A DNA stretch of 14,071 bases from Sulfurimonadaceae bacterium (GTDB lineage Bacteria; Campylobacterota; Campylobacteria; Campylobacterales; Sulfurimonadaceae), in the NCBI GenBank assembly GCA_041548245.1, contig JBFESZ010000049.1, forward strand, positions 1-14,071. The letters are read 5' to 3'. Below the pieces are notes generated by a model, which saw only the letters and a list, made by a program, of their open reading frames with translations, did no database searches and was not told the DNA's origin. Positions 1 through 7,723 of this stretch are shown in pieces. The number at the start of each line of letters is the position of its first letter. The stretch's first letter is position 1. Position numbers and translations under genes: made by a program.

Positions 1-643
1 ATACTGTAGCTGTCACACTATTTGACGCTTCTAAGACTGCTTCTGAATCAGGCTCAGCTTCTTGTAACACCTCGCTCTGGGAAGGGTGACTCAGGACTTC
101 ATCGTGTTTCATACCAATCTCTTCTGGTGGCTCGAGTGCTTTGATCCCATTATCTTTTTCAGCTATAACAATGGCTTGAGACGGTACCTCTTCTTGCTTT
201 GGCTTTTTTACTTGAGCTTCTAAGACTTTGAGTATCTCATTGCTTAGTTGGATATCAGCATTTCGAAAGACACTCAGACTTTTATAGTCTTTCTCTTCGT
301 GAAGTTTTTTAATATCACGTCGTAACTGATATTCAATCGCTTCATTTTGAACCGCTAGACGACGAAGCTCTTTTGCGTAGGACTTGATCCCTGTTTTATC
401 TATCGAAGCTTCCGGATCCTCTTGTCTCTTGTCCAGTGCATAGCCTCTTTGTAAACTGGCATTGGCATCACGACAAAAGGACTCCAGAAGTTCTGGTTTA
501 TCCGCATAGATATCCAGATCCTTGATTTTCAGGTATCTCTGCATATTTGAGTATATCTCATCACCTGCCGAACTGAATATTTTTGGAAAACCATCGCCAT
601 ACAGAAACGTTGTCATTATTAAAAAAAGTGCGACTACACGCAT
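1..643 (-). CDS. Secreted/periplasmic hypothetical protein, 3' end beyond the left edge (>214 aa); not in the ORF track
   Basis: Manual translation of the minus strand from ATG at 643 is open to position 1: MRVVALFLIMTTFLYGDGFPKIFSSAGDEIYSNMQRYLKIKDLDIYADKPELLESFCRDANASLQRGYALDK...EAEPDSEAVLEASNSVTATV. Purine-rich SD (GAAGGGG) lies just upstream. Sec-type signal peptide at the N-terminus; acidic, Pro/Glu-rich distal part. Confidence 0.85.
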   Translation of the reverse strand, partial: MRVVALFLIMTTFLYGDGFPKIFSSAGDEIYSNMQRYLKIKDLDIYADKPELLESFCRDANASLQRGYALDKRQEDPEASIDKTGIKSYAKELRRLAVQNEAIEYQLRRDIKKLHEEKDYKSLSVFRNADIQLSNEILKVLEAQVKKPKQEEVPSQAIVIAEKDNGIKALEPPEEIGMKHDEVLSHPSQSEVLQEAEPDSEAVLEASNSVTATV

Positions 644-697
644 TCGTCCCCTTCAAAAATCAAGATTTAAATTCATTTAAACGCGGTTCAAACTCTT

Positions 698-805
698 GTC
701 TAAGAAGACTATTATTGAAGTATTGCCAACTTATTCCTATTCATCCTACATCCCATGCTAGGCTGAATAATATCCAGTAGCTATTCAATTCAATACTCTA
801 AAGAC
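698..805 (-). ncRNA. Putative structured RNA (5' leader or sRNA), long imperfect hairpin, family unidentified
   Basis: Nested inverted repeats: 738-751/755-769 (13 WC pairs, 1 bulge, 1 mismatch), 725-731/776-781, 713-719/789-795 and 698-701/802-805. A candidate extended -10 lies immediately upstream on the minus strand. Confidence 0.4.
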
Positions 806-810
806 GACTT

Positions 811-819
811 ATGCTATCA
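811..819 (-). promoter_or_regulatory. Candidate extended -10 promoter (TG-A-TAGCAT)
   Basis: Minus strand reads GTGATAGCAT and would place the TSS at about 804-805, the 5' base of the hairpin. Confidence 0.3.
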
Positions 820-853
820 CGCTTTTTCTAAAATAGCCATTAACATGGAGTTT

Positions 854-876
854 CAAAACAGATATCAACCGTTTTG
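854..876 (-). terminator. Hairpin downstream of the GGDEF-EAL gene, possible terminator
   Basis: Minus strand CAAAACGG-TTGATAT-CTGTTTTG (8-bp stem with one G-U), about 20 nt after the stop at 896; no clear separate U-tract. Confidence 0.35.
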
Positions 877-895
877 TCAAAGCTTTCCCTACTGA

Positions 896-2593
896 TCAGA
901 ATACTTTAAAAAGAGATGCCATAGGTTCAGGCTCTGCATAATAGTGCCCTTGTGCATAATCAACACCCATCTCTTTCAAGATAGCTTCTACTTCCGGACT
1001 TTCAACAAACTCACAAATTGTCTTCATACCCATAGTGTGGCCTACCTCATTAATCGACTTTACCATAGCTCTGTTGACCTTGTCTGTATCAATATTATTC
1101 ACAAACGAACCGTCTATTTTCAAATAATCCACAGGGATGTTCTGCAAATATGAAAAAGAGGAGAGCCCGCTTCCAAAATCATCCAAAGAGAACTTGCAAC
1201 CCAGTTTTCGCATCTTTTTTATAAATTGTAAAGCCACATTCAAATTTGCTACAGCCGCCGTTTCCGTCACCTCAAAACAGATAGTATCAGGAGTAATCTT
1301 ATAACGTATAAAAAGCTCCTGAATGGATCTTTCCAAACCTTTGTCATTAAGTGAAATTCCCGAAAGGTTGATACTAAAACGATATGCCCTACCTGTGTCC
1401 TTTTGGAGTTTCACAGATTCTTTAAAGACATTCTCAATCACCCATCTGTCAATACGCTGCATCATCCCATAACGCTCAGCCGCAGGGATGAAGGCCATAG
1501 GTGGGATGATCTTGCCATCATCATCTTCCAGACGAATCAAGACCTCATAATGACTTAAAGGCTCACTCTCTTGCCCCAGAGCGATAATGGGTTGGACAAA
1601 AAGTAAAAACTTATCCTTTTCCAAAGCCTCAGTAAGCTTAGAGAGCCATTGCATCTGGCCGCGTCTCTCCTGAAGCTTCTGGTTATCACGGGTTGCGATA
1701 TAGATACGGTTCCTACCCTCTTCTTTAGCCTGATAACAAGCTGCATCCGCTGCTGATATAATATCGATCAATGAACAGCAGTCCCGTACTATAGGCACCA
1801 TTCCCATACTGGCCCCAATAACGAAAACCTTTCCTTCCCATGAGAAACGGTACTCTTTGATACTGCGTAAAATAGCTTCTGCTTTCTTGCGTGCAGTTTC
1901 AAGGGTATCACCGACAAAGAGTACACCAAACTCGTCTCCACCCAAACGCGCCACTATGTCCTTGGCACCGACATGTTTTTGCAGTATCAAAGAGACCTGT
2001 TTTAACAGCTCATCACCTGCCATATGTCCTGAAGTATCATTGACTACCTTAAACTGATCCAAATCAACATAACACATAATGCTCTGATTTGATACGGTTG
2101 AGGAGTATTTGAGTGCAAACTGCAGGCGTCTTTCAAACTCATATCGGTTATACAAACCGGTAATGCTGTCATGTATCGCGAGATGTTGAAGTTCTTTCGT
2201 ACGGTTCTTAACCTCTTCTTCAAGATTGTGCGAATGCTTGCTAAGCTTCTCATTCAGATTCTGGTTCATAAAATCGGCACGGGCCAAAGCATCTGTGTTG
2301 ACCGTCACTTCATACCCCAAAGCAAAGAATAGCCCGATAATGATGATGATGTTCAAACGTATTAATAAAGGGTCATCAATAAACAGAAACATCAGCACAA
2401 AAAAACCGATGCAGAATGTGAAAAGATTAAGGTGCATCCCCATGCAAGACTTGACATGTAATTGACAATAATTACATCTCTCATAAGGCTTAAACCCATT
2501 GCGGGCCAAGATGCAATGTTTATTGACCTTTCCTATCTGTTCAGTGAAAAGATCATTTTCATGACTATTCTCAACATCTCCTAGACTAGGCAT
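896..2593 (-). CDS. Membrane-anchored diguanylate cyclase/phosphodiesterase (GGDEF-EAL) with Cys-rich N-terminus
   Basis: GGDEF motifs: HDSITGLYNR, VDLDQFKVVND, RLGGDEF. EAL motifs: EVLIR, SINLS, FEVTE, DDFGSGLSS, LKIDGSFV, CEFVE, AQGHY. Two hydrophobic segments (about aa 55-94) are followed by a coiled-coil-like linker. Confidence 0.96.
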   Translation of the reverse strand: MPSLGDVENSHENDLFTEQIGKVNKHCILARNGFKPYERCNYCQLHVKSCMGMHLNLFTFCIGFFVLMFLFIDDPLLIRLNIIIIIGLFFALGYEVTVNTDALARADFMNQNLNEKLSKHSHNLEEEVKNRTKELQHLAIHDSITGLYNRYEFERRLQFALKYSSTVSNQSIMCYVDLDQFKVVNDTSGHMAGDELLKQVSLILQKHVGAKDIVARLGGDEFGVLFVGDTLETARKKAEAILRSIKEYRFSWEGKVFVIGASMGMVPIVRDCCSLIDIISAADAACYQAKEEGRNRIYIATRDNQKLQERRGQMQWLSKLTEALEKDKFLLFVQPIIALGQESEPLSHYEVLIRLEDDDGKIIPPMAFIPAAERYGMMQRIDRWVIENVFKESVKLQKDTGRAYRFSINLSGISLNDKGLERSIQELFIRYKITPDTICFEVTETAAVANLNVALQFIKKMRKLGCKFSLDDFGSGLSSFSYLQNIPVDYLKIDGSFVNNIDTDKVNRAMVKSINEVGHTMGMKTICEFVESPEVEAILKEMGVDYAQGHYYAEPEPMASLFKVF

Positions 2594-3056
2594 CTTTTGA
2601 CCTAAATGTTTTCATCAAATATTGATACCCTATATATACCAGCGATGATAGGCAAAAACCAAAAAAGCTTGATACCAGCATAGCCACACCCATAAATGAA
2701 GCTATCATCCAAGCCGAAAGAGGAAAAACTGTATAAAGATATATGATCAGTATACCGCCCATAATACGGAGTATATCTTCAAATATCTCTGCTAACTTGT
2801 TCGTGATATATGAATGAGCATACTGGGGTGCCGTTGTAAATAGCTGACGTCCAAAAATAAAACTCAAAAATTTAAACAGCCAGGTTGTCGGAGAGTAGTT
2901 TATCGTTGTAAGAAAGGCAACTACGCTAAACCCGAAAAATATATATACGATCTCCACTTTCTGAAAAAGAACTGCAGACAACATGATAAGGCCAAAAACA
3001 AGACGCTGAAATTGCACATGTTCAGCCTTGGGCTGTTTATATTTTAAAAAAATCAT
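2586..3056 (-). CDS. DUF4395-like integral membrane protein (156 aa)
   Basis: About 4 hydrophobic segments. C-terminal FFGFCLSSLVY resembles the FGFCLGC-type motif I associate with DUF4395 (recognition by eye). ATG at 3056 is preferred over TTG at 3089. The stop overlaps the next gene's start by 8 nt. Confidence 0.7.
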   Translation of the reverse strand: MIFLKYKQPKAEHVQFQRLVFGLIMLSAVLFQKVEIVYIFFGFSVVAFLTTINYSPTTWLFKFLSFIFGRQLFTTAPQYAHSYITNKLAEIFEDILRIMGGILIIYLYTVFPLSAWMIASFMGVAMLVSSFFGFCLSSLVYIGYQYLMKTFRSKDA

Positions 3057-3062
3057 ACTTTT

Positions 3063-3068
3063 ATGATA
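3063..3068 (-). promoter_or_regulatory. -10 box (TATCAT) for a probable leaderless transcript
   Basis: Minus strand GGC-TATCAT-AAAAGT-ATG: 6-nt spacer, no SD. Confidence 0.5.
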
Positions 3069-3091
3069 GCCAAGATGAAGATAAATCAAGC

Positions 3092-5362
3092 TTATGTTTT
3101 AAAGTTTTGACACAGTGCCTGCAGGACAGTCGCTCGACGTGTTGTATCAAGCTTCTTGCATCCAGCGCTAAAGGCTGTACCCTCTCCGACAAGATGGCAC
3201 TGCCCCTTGGCTCTGGTGATTGCCGTGTAGAGCAGTTTTGTATTGTGCATAATAAAGTGCGAATAACTGATAGGAATGACGACCGTCTCATACTCCATCC
3301 CCTGTACCTTATGGATGGTCAACGCATAAGAGAGTGAAAGATAGCTTTTAAGCTGGTCAAAATCATATTGGACCACAAGTTCTTCATTGGGATAAAAGAC
3401 AAAAAGAAGTTCCTCTTCCATATCGATCTTGAAGACCAGACCTACCATCCCGTTAAAAACCCGTTTTTCAAAACTCTCACTGCCATCTTTGAATCCATCT
3501 GGTGTGAAACAGGGCATATTCTCATTTTTGATATGGACGACCTTGTCCATCAAGCGATACTCGTATTTCCCCGCTTTGACAGAATCTTTTGTCGAAGGGT
3601 TGAAGTACTGCTGCAGTACATTGTTAAGGTTCTCGCTTCCCAAACTCCCACCCTTCATCGGCGTAATGACCTGAAAAGCATTAAGATACCCCAAGATATC
3701 CTTGTTCTTCAACAACTCTCTTGAATGTGGGATCTCGGCAACTGCAAGATGCATCATCGCTGCAAGAACCTGCTGAGAGTGATCTTCACGTAACTCTTGA
3801 AGTTGCGACTTGCTCAAGGTATTTTTGAGTTGGTAGTAGTTCTCAATACCCACTTCTTTAAAGTGAAAATCATCATACTCCGCATAGAACTCAGGGACTT
3901 CTCCCTGACGGATGGTATTGGCCACCAGAGCAATAGCCTGTTTCTCGTTTTGTCTGTAAAGCTTGGTCAGTTTGACCATCGGGGCCAAATGTAGATTGAT
4001 CATATCTGAGAGTACATTACCGGCACCGATAGGAGGTAACTGTCCATCATCGCCGACGACAATAAACACGGCGTCATCATCCACCATCTTAATAAGCTGA
4101 AAAAAGAGCATGGAGTTGACCATAGAAGCCTCATCAAGAAGGATGACCTTAAAAGGCATCTCACCCTTCTCTTCATAGCGCACGATGAGACTTTGAATCG
4201 TCGAGCTTTGATACCCTGTCGTCTCCGAAATTCGCTGTGAAGCAATACCACTTAAAGCCGTACACATAATAAAACTCTCCCCTACCTTTTCTGCCATCAA
4301 ATCTAAGATAAGACGAGCCGAAGTCGATTTACCTGTCCCGGCATACCCCACAAGAAGCAAGATCGATGAGCCCTGATTAAGGATCTCTACAGCGCGACGC
4401 TGCTCTTCTGAGAGCCTAAAGCCTGCTTTCTCTTCGCGCTGAGCGATGAAACTGTCCAAGTCTTTCTTGATCTCTCCAAAATCCTGCCGGCATTTCTTCT
4501 TAATGAAAGAGAGTATCTGCTCCTCCGCATAATAATAGACATCGGGTGCGAGCAGTTCTCCAAACTGATGCAAATGCCCGTCATTGACCATCTCCAAAAC
4601 CGTTTTTTCGTACAGCTCTCTATGATTAAAAAGAGCCAGTTCTTCATCTAGCCGTTCATATAGAGTCATCTTAGAGATACAGGAATTCCCCTGCATGTCA
4701 CAGAGTTCTCTGATGAGATAGTTTGTTGCGGCATGCAGTCTGTTCTCATCCAGATTGCCAACACCCATCTTCTTGCCAATCTCATCAGCCCGCTTAAAGC
4801 CTATTCCCTTGATACGTGTTAATATATAGGGATTGTTTTTGATCTTCTCAGCAGGGTTAGGTACCTCTTTTAGTTGGGTGGCTATCAGATGGATCATTGC
4901 AGAACTGACATCATAGGGAGCAAGAAACTCTCCCAGTTCTCGAACTGAGCGAAACTGTTTCCAGGACTTTTGTATGCGTTCAAGCTTTTTCTCTTTGACC
5001 CCTTTGAACTCCAAAAGCCTCTCGATGTCATTATCCAAAACATTAACCAAGCCTTCTTCCCCAAACTTCTCTATGAGGTCTGAAGTAAGTTTTTTGGTAA
5101 AACCCTTGACCACCCGGTTGAGAAAGAAAAAAAGTTCGGATTGATTGACTTTGACAGCACTGCATTTAAAGGTTGACCCATATTTCTTATGCTCGACCAA
5201 TTCCCCTTCAAGCGTGACTGCTGCTCCAATCAGACTTTGTACAGGTGCCTCGACATACTCACCTGAGACCTTTGTCTTATCACTTAATACAGCAATAAAA
5301 AAGCTCTCGTTCTCATAGATGATACTATCAATCTGTCCAATAAGTTTCTGTGGGGTTTTCAT
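3092..5362 (-). CDS. recD2: ATP-dependent RecD-like DNA helicase (RecD2, SF1B)
   Basis: N-terminal OB-like part and HhH repeats (FKGVKEKK, IKGIGFKRAD), Walker A GYAGTGKS, Walker B LLDEASM, VGDDGQLPPIGAG, YRQ, YALTIHKVQGMEY, LLYTAITRAK. ATG at 5362 is preferred; TTG at 5380 is an alternative. Confidence 0.93.
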   Translation of the reverse strand: MKTPQKLIGQIDSIIYENESFFIAVLSDKTKVSGEYVEAPVQSLIGAAVTLEGELVEHKKYGSTFKCSAVKVNQSELFFFLNRVVKGFTKKLTSDLIEKFGEEGLVNVLDNDIERLLEFKGVKEKKLERIQKSWKQFRSVRELGEFLAPYDVSSAMIHLIATQLKEVPNPAEKIKNNPYILTRIKGIGFKRADEIGKKMGVGNLDENRLHAATNYLIRELCDMQGNSCISKMTLYERLDEELALFNHRELYEKTVLEMVNDGHLHQFGELLAPDVYYYAEEQILSFIKKKCRQDFGEIKKDLDSFIAQREEKAGFRLSEEQRRAVEILNQGSSILLLVGYAGTGKSTSARLILDLMAEKVGESFIMCTALSGIASQRISETTGYQSSTIQSLIVRYEEKGEMPFKVILLDEASMVNSMLFFQLIKMVDDDAVFIVVGDDGQLPPIGAGNVLSDMINLHLAPMVKLTKLYRQNEKQAIALVANTIRQGEVPEFYAEYDDFHFKEVGIENYYQLKNTLSKSQLQELREDHSQQVLAAMMHLAVAEIPHSRELLKNKDILGYLNAFQVITPMKGGSLGSENLNNVLQQYFNPSTKDSVKAGKYEYRLMDKVVHIKNENMPCFTPDGFKDGSESFEKRVFNGMVGLVFKIDMEEELLFVFYPNEELVVQYDFDQLKSYLSLSYALTIHKVQGMEYETVVIPISYSHFIMHNTKLLYTAITRAKGQCHLVGEGTAFSAGCKKLDTTRRATVLQALCQNFKT

Positions 5363-5379
5363 AGGAGATATTGTACTCA

Positions 5380-5403
5380 AACATCCTTTTGATTAAGGAT
5401 GTT
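5380..5403 (-). terminator. Perfect 9-bp hairpin between glyQ and recD2, likely the glyQ terminator
   Basis: AACATCCTT-N6-AAGGATGTT, 14 nt downstream of the glyQ stop. Confidence 0.55.
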
Positions 5404-5417
5404 ATGACAGAAGGAAA

Positions 5418-6302
5418 TTAATTGGCCGCGACCCTTGCATTTCTCTCAGCTTCTTGTTCCTTGTAAAGCTCAGCACACCCTTTTGAAAGATCACGTATCT
5501 GCAAGATATAATTGGCACGTTCCGTTACAGAGATCGCCTTACGGGCATCCAAGACATTGAAGGTGTTAGACGCGGCCATACACAGATCATAAGCCGGAAG
5601 AGGAAGACCGGCATCCAAAGCGGCCTTGCACTCTTTTGACTTGGCATCAAAATCGGCAAACAACATAGCCGTATCCGCTACCTCAAAGTTATATTTTGAA
5701 AACTCGATCTCGCTCTCTTTGTGTATGTCACGATACAGTGTCTTGCCATATTCGTTCTCATTCCAAACGATATCAAAGACCGAGTCTACTCCCTGAAGAT
5801 ACATCGCCAGACGCTCTGTACCGTATGTGATCTCAACAGCAACCGGGTCACAACTGATCCCACCAACCTGTTGGAAATAGGTAAACTGTGTCACTTCCAT
5901 ACCGTTCAACCAGACTTCCCAGCCAAGTCCCCATGCACCAAGCGTTGGAGACTCCCAGTTATCCTCGACAAAACGGATGTCATGCTCTGATAAATCCAGC
6001 CCCAAATACTCCAGACTCTTTAAATACAGTTCCTGTATGTTGTCCGGGCTGGGTTTGATAAGTGCCTGAAACTGATAGTAGGATCCGAGACGGTTTGGGT
6101 TCTCTCCATAGCGACCATCTGTCGGACGGCGACTTGGTGCGACGTATGCGACAGACCACGGCTTGGAATCAAGCGAACGTAAAAACGTCGCAGGATGAAA
6201 GGTCCCAGCGCCAGCAGGAATATCGTATGGCTGAACGATATTACACCCCTGCTCTTTCCAGAACATCTGAAGCTTTAAAAGTAAATCACTAAAGGTAATC
6301 AT
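5418..6302 (-). CDS. glyQ: Glycine--tRNA ligase alpha subunit
   Basis: [74 protein letters not shown] at 6311-6308 fits the ATG at 6302 (alternative 6305). Confidence 0.99.
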   Translation of the reverse strand: MITFSDLLLKLQMFWKEQGCNIVQPYDIPAGAGTFHPATFLRSLDSKPWSVAYVAPSRRPTDGRYGENPNRLGSYYQFQALIKPSPDNIQELYLKSLEYLGLDLSEHDIRFVEDNWESPTLGAWGLGWEVWLNGMEVTQFTYFQQVGGISCDPVAVEITYGTERLAMYLQGVDSVFDIVWNENEYGKTLYRDIHKESEIEFSKYNFEVADTAMLFADFDAKSKECKAALDAGLPLPAYDLCMAASNTFNVLDARKAISVTERANYILQIRDLSKGCAELYKEQEAERNARVAAN

Positions 6303-6340
6303 CATATCTCCATCGTAGCAAGGCTACATTTATTGCGCGT

Positions 6341-6346
6341 ATTATA
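6341..6346 (-). promoter_or_regulatory. sigma70 -10 box for glyQ
   Basis: Perfect TATAAT on the minus strand about 40 nt upstream of the start. Confidence 0.6.
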
Positions 6347-6386
6347 CAAAATCAATTGTATAAATGGGCTTATAGTGATTTAGAGA

Positions 6387-6395
6387 TGCTATACT
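6387..6395 (+). promoter_or_regulatory. Extended -10 promoter for the DsrE-family gene
   Basis: TG-C-TATACT followed by an AAGG SD and the GTG at 6414; divergent from the glyQ promoter. Confidence 0.55.
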
Positions 6396-6413
6396 TTTTA
6401 GAAAAGGTTTATC

Positions 6414-6752
6414 GTGAAAAACAAGTTACTTATCGTATGGAGTTCACAGGACAAGGAGGTCGCTGAAAAAATGGTCCTGTTATATTCTAGTGTTATACTC
6501 CCAAGGCAATATTGGGATGAGGCCATCTTGATGATATGGGGACCCTCGGCCAAACTGCTAAGTGAGAATAGTGATCTTCAAACAAAGGTCAAAGAGATAG
6601 CCTCAACAGGTGTCAAACTTCAAGCCTGTATCGTTTGTACCGATAGTTACGGAGTCTCTCAAAAGCTAGCAGCTCTTGGTATCGAACTGATTCATACCGG
6701 TGAGATGCTGACCCATGCACTAAAGAGTGACTGGAAAGTCGTCACCTTTTAA
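6414..6752 (+). CDS. DsrE/DsrF-like family protein
   Basis: 112 aa with KLLIVWSS, WDEAILMIWGPSAKL, GVKLQACIVCTDSYG (CxxC) and terminal VVTF, the typical DsrE-family pattern. GTG start with SD. Confidence 0.85.
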   Translation: MKNKLLIVWSSQDKEVAEKMVLLYSSVILPRQYWDEAILMIWGPSAKLLSENSDLQTKVKEIASTGVKLQACIVCTDSYGVSQKLAALGIELIHTGEMLTHALKSDWKVVTF

Positions 6753-6791
6753 ATCGTCCCTTTTCACCAAGGGCTCCTTAAAGTTTACACC

Positions 6792-7691
6792 TTACTTAAT
6801 ATAGGTTGAGAAGTCAGCATCTAAAAACTTTCTAAACAATTTATAAAAGACCCACAAAGCGACAAGGGGAATAAGCATGTTTTCGACAATAAAGATGGTT
6901 ATAAGCACCAAAATATAATCAATAGCATGGTCAAACTTCTGCTGCAGGTTGTTCAAAAGTGTTTTTAATCTCATTTTCAAAGTCTGCAACTGCTTGCTTA
7001 TATTTAAACTCTGAATCGTCTCATTGAAATAGTTTTGTGCCTTTTCCAGCAGGGAGTTTTCTTGATACCTCTGTACGTGAATCTGTTTTTGTTGGTTCAA
7101 ATGGACTTCATCCACAATCCCTTTGATCTCATCATTTGAAAACACCAACGCAGCCTTGGCCTCCTCATACTTCGGTTCAAGAACATAGGTGTATATACCT
7201 TCATTAAACACGATCAAAAGAGGAACAACAAAACGTAAGAATAAAAAGATGATGACACCTTTGGAAAGGATATTGAACGTTTTCTCATGCCATATTCTGC
7301 GTTCCCACAACATCAGAAGGATGAGCGATACACTGGTCATTAAAAGAAGCTGTACGGCCATGGTCTGACCCAGGTGCAACATGATCTCCTGAACCCCCAA
7401 AGAGATTGAACTCATCAGCATAACCCATGAAAAGCGCTCAACCATATCATTCATCGGATCGACAATCTGTCCGACTGCAAAGTTAACACCGACTCCGGCA
7501 GGCGTCGCATACACTTCGGTACCTTGGACAACGGAGATGACTCCGTTGAGACCTCTGGCAATTGCAAAAACCGTAACTGAACGGGTAAATGCTTTGTCCA
7601 GTTGAGCTGAACTGAACCTGTCAACTGTCTGAGTAGATGAGAGAAAAACAAGTATAATCAGCGAAAATGAAATCAATATTTTTTTATACAT
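6792..7691 (-). CDS. Conserved hypothetical multi-pass membrane protein (299 aa)
   Basis: Several hydrophobic segments, a conserved-looking core (ARGLNGVISVVQGTE...PAGVGV...GQIVDPMNDMVERFSWVML) and a long helical soluble segment before the last TM. ATG at 7691 is preferred over the ORF-track start at 7736. Confidence 0.85.
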   Translation of the reverse strand: MYKKILISFSLIILVFLSSTQTVDRFSSAQLDKAFTRSVTVFAIARGLNGVISVVQGTEVYATPAGVGVNFAVGQIVDPMNDMVERFSWVMLMSSISLGVQEIMLHLGQTMAVQLLLMTSVSLILLMLWERRIWHEKTFNILSKGVIIFLFLRFVVPLLIVFNEGIYTYVLEPKYEEAKAALVFSNDEIKGIVDEVHLNQQKQIHVQRYQENSLLEKAQNYFNETIQSLNISKQLQTLKMRLKTLLNNLQQKFDHAIDYILVLITIFIVENMLIPLVALWVFYKLFRKFLDADFSTYIK

Positions 7692-7697
7692 ATGCTT

Positions 7698-7703
7698 ATT
7701 ATA
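7698..7703 (-). promoter_or_regulatory. -10 box (TATAAT) for a probable leaderless transcript
   Basis: Minus strand GGG-TATAAT-AAGCAT-ATG: 6-nt spacer, no SD. Confidence 0.6.
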
Positions 7704-7723
7704 CCCTAGATAAAACAATGATT

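Noticed and set aside
712-756. Minus-strand micro-ORF MGCRMNRNKLAILQ inside the hairpin (leader peptide or type I toxin?)
   Set aside because: Not hydrophobic, no run of regulatory codons, no clear SD; expected by chance.
583-780. 65-aa plus-strand ORF from the track
   Set aside because: TTG start without SD, antisense to the start of the real minus-strand gene and overlapping the hairpin region; no recognisable protein features.
698-805. SRP (4.5S) RNA or c-di-GMP-I riboswitch as the identity of the hairpin
   Set aside because: The size fits SRP but the GNRA-capped helix-8 motif (CAGG...GRAA...AGCAG) is absent; no GEMM-type two-hairpin pattern is visible.
3092-5362. RecD2 as part of a defence island or mobile element
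   Set aside because: No nuclease, integrase, transposase or boundary repeats nearby; flanked by a housekeeping gene.
944-6292. Many short ORFs (63-118 aa) overlapping the GGDEF-EAL, recD2 and glyQ genes
   Set aside because: Antisense or alternate-frame shadows of well-supported genes, with no motifs.
5418-6302. glyQ without an adjacent glyS
   Set aside because: Separation of the two subunit genes is ordinary in Campylobacterota; not evidence of loss.
6758-6773. CCCTT/AAGGG hairpin between convergent genes as a terminator
   Set aside because: Only 5 bp and no adjacent U-tract; too weak to call.
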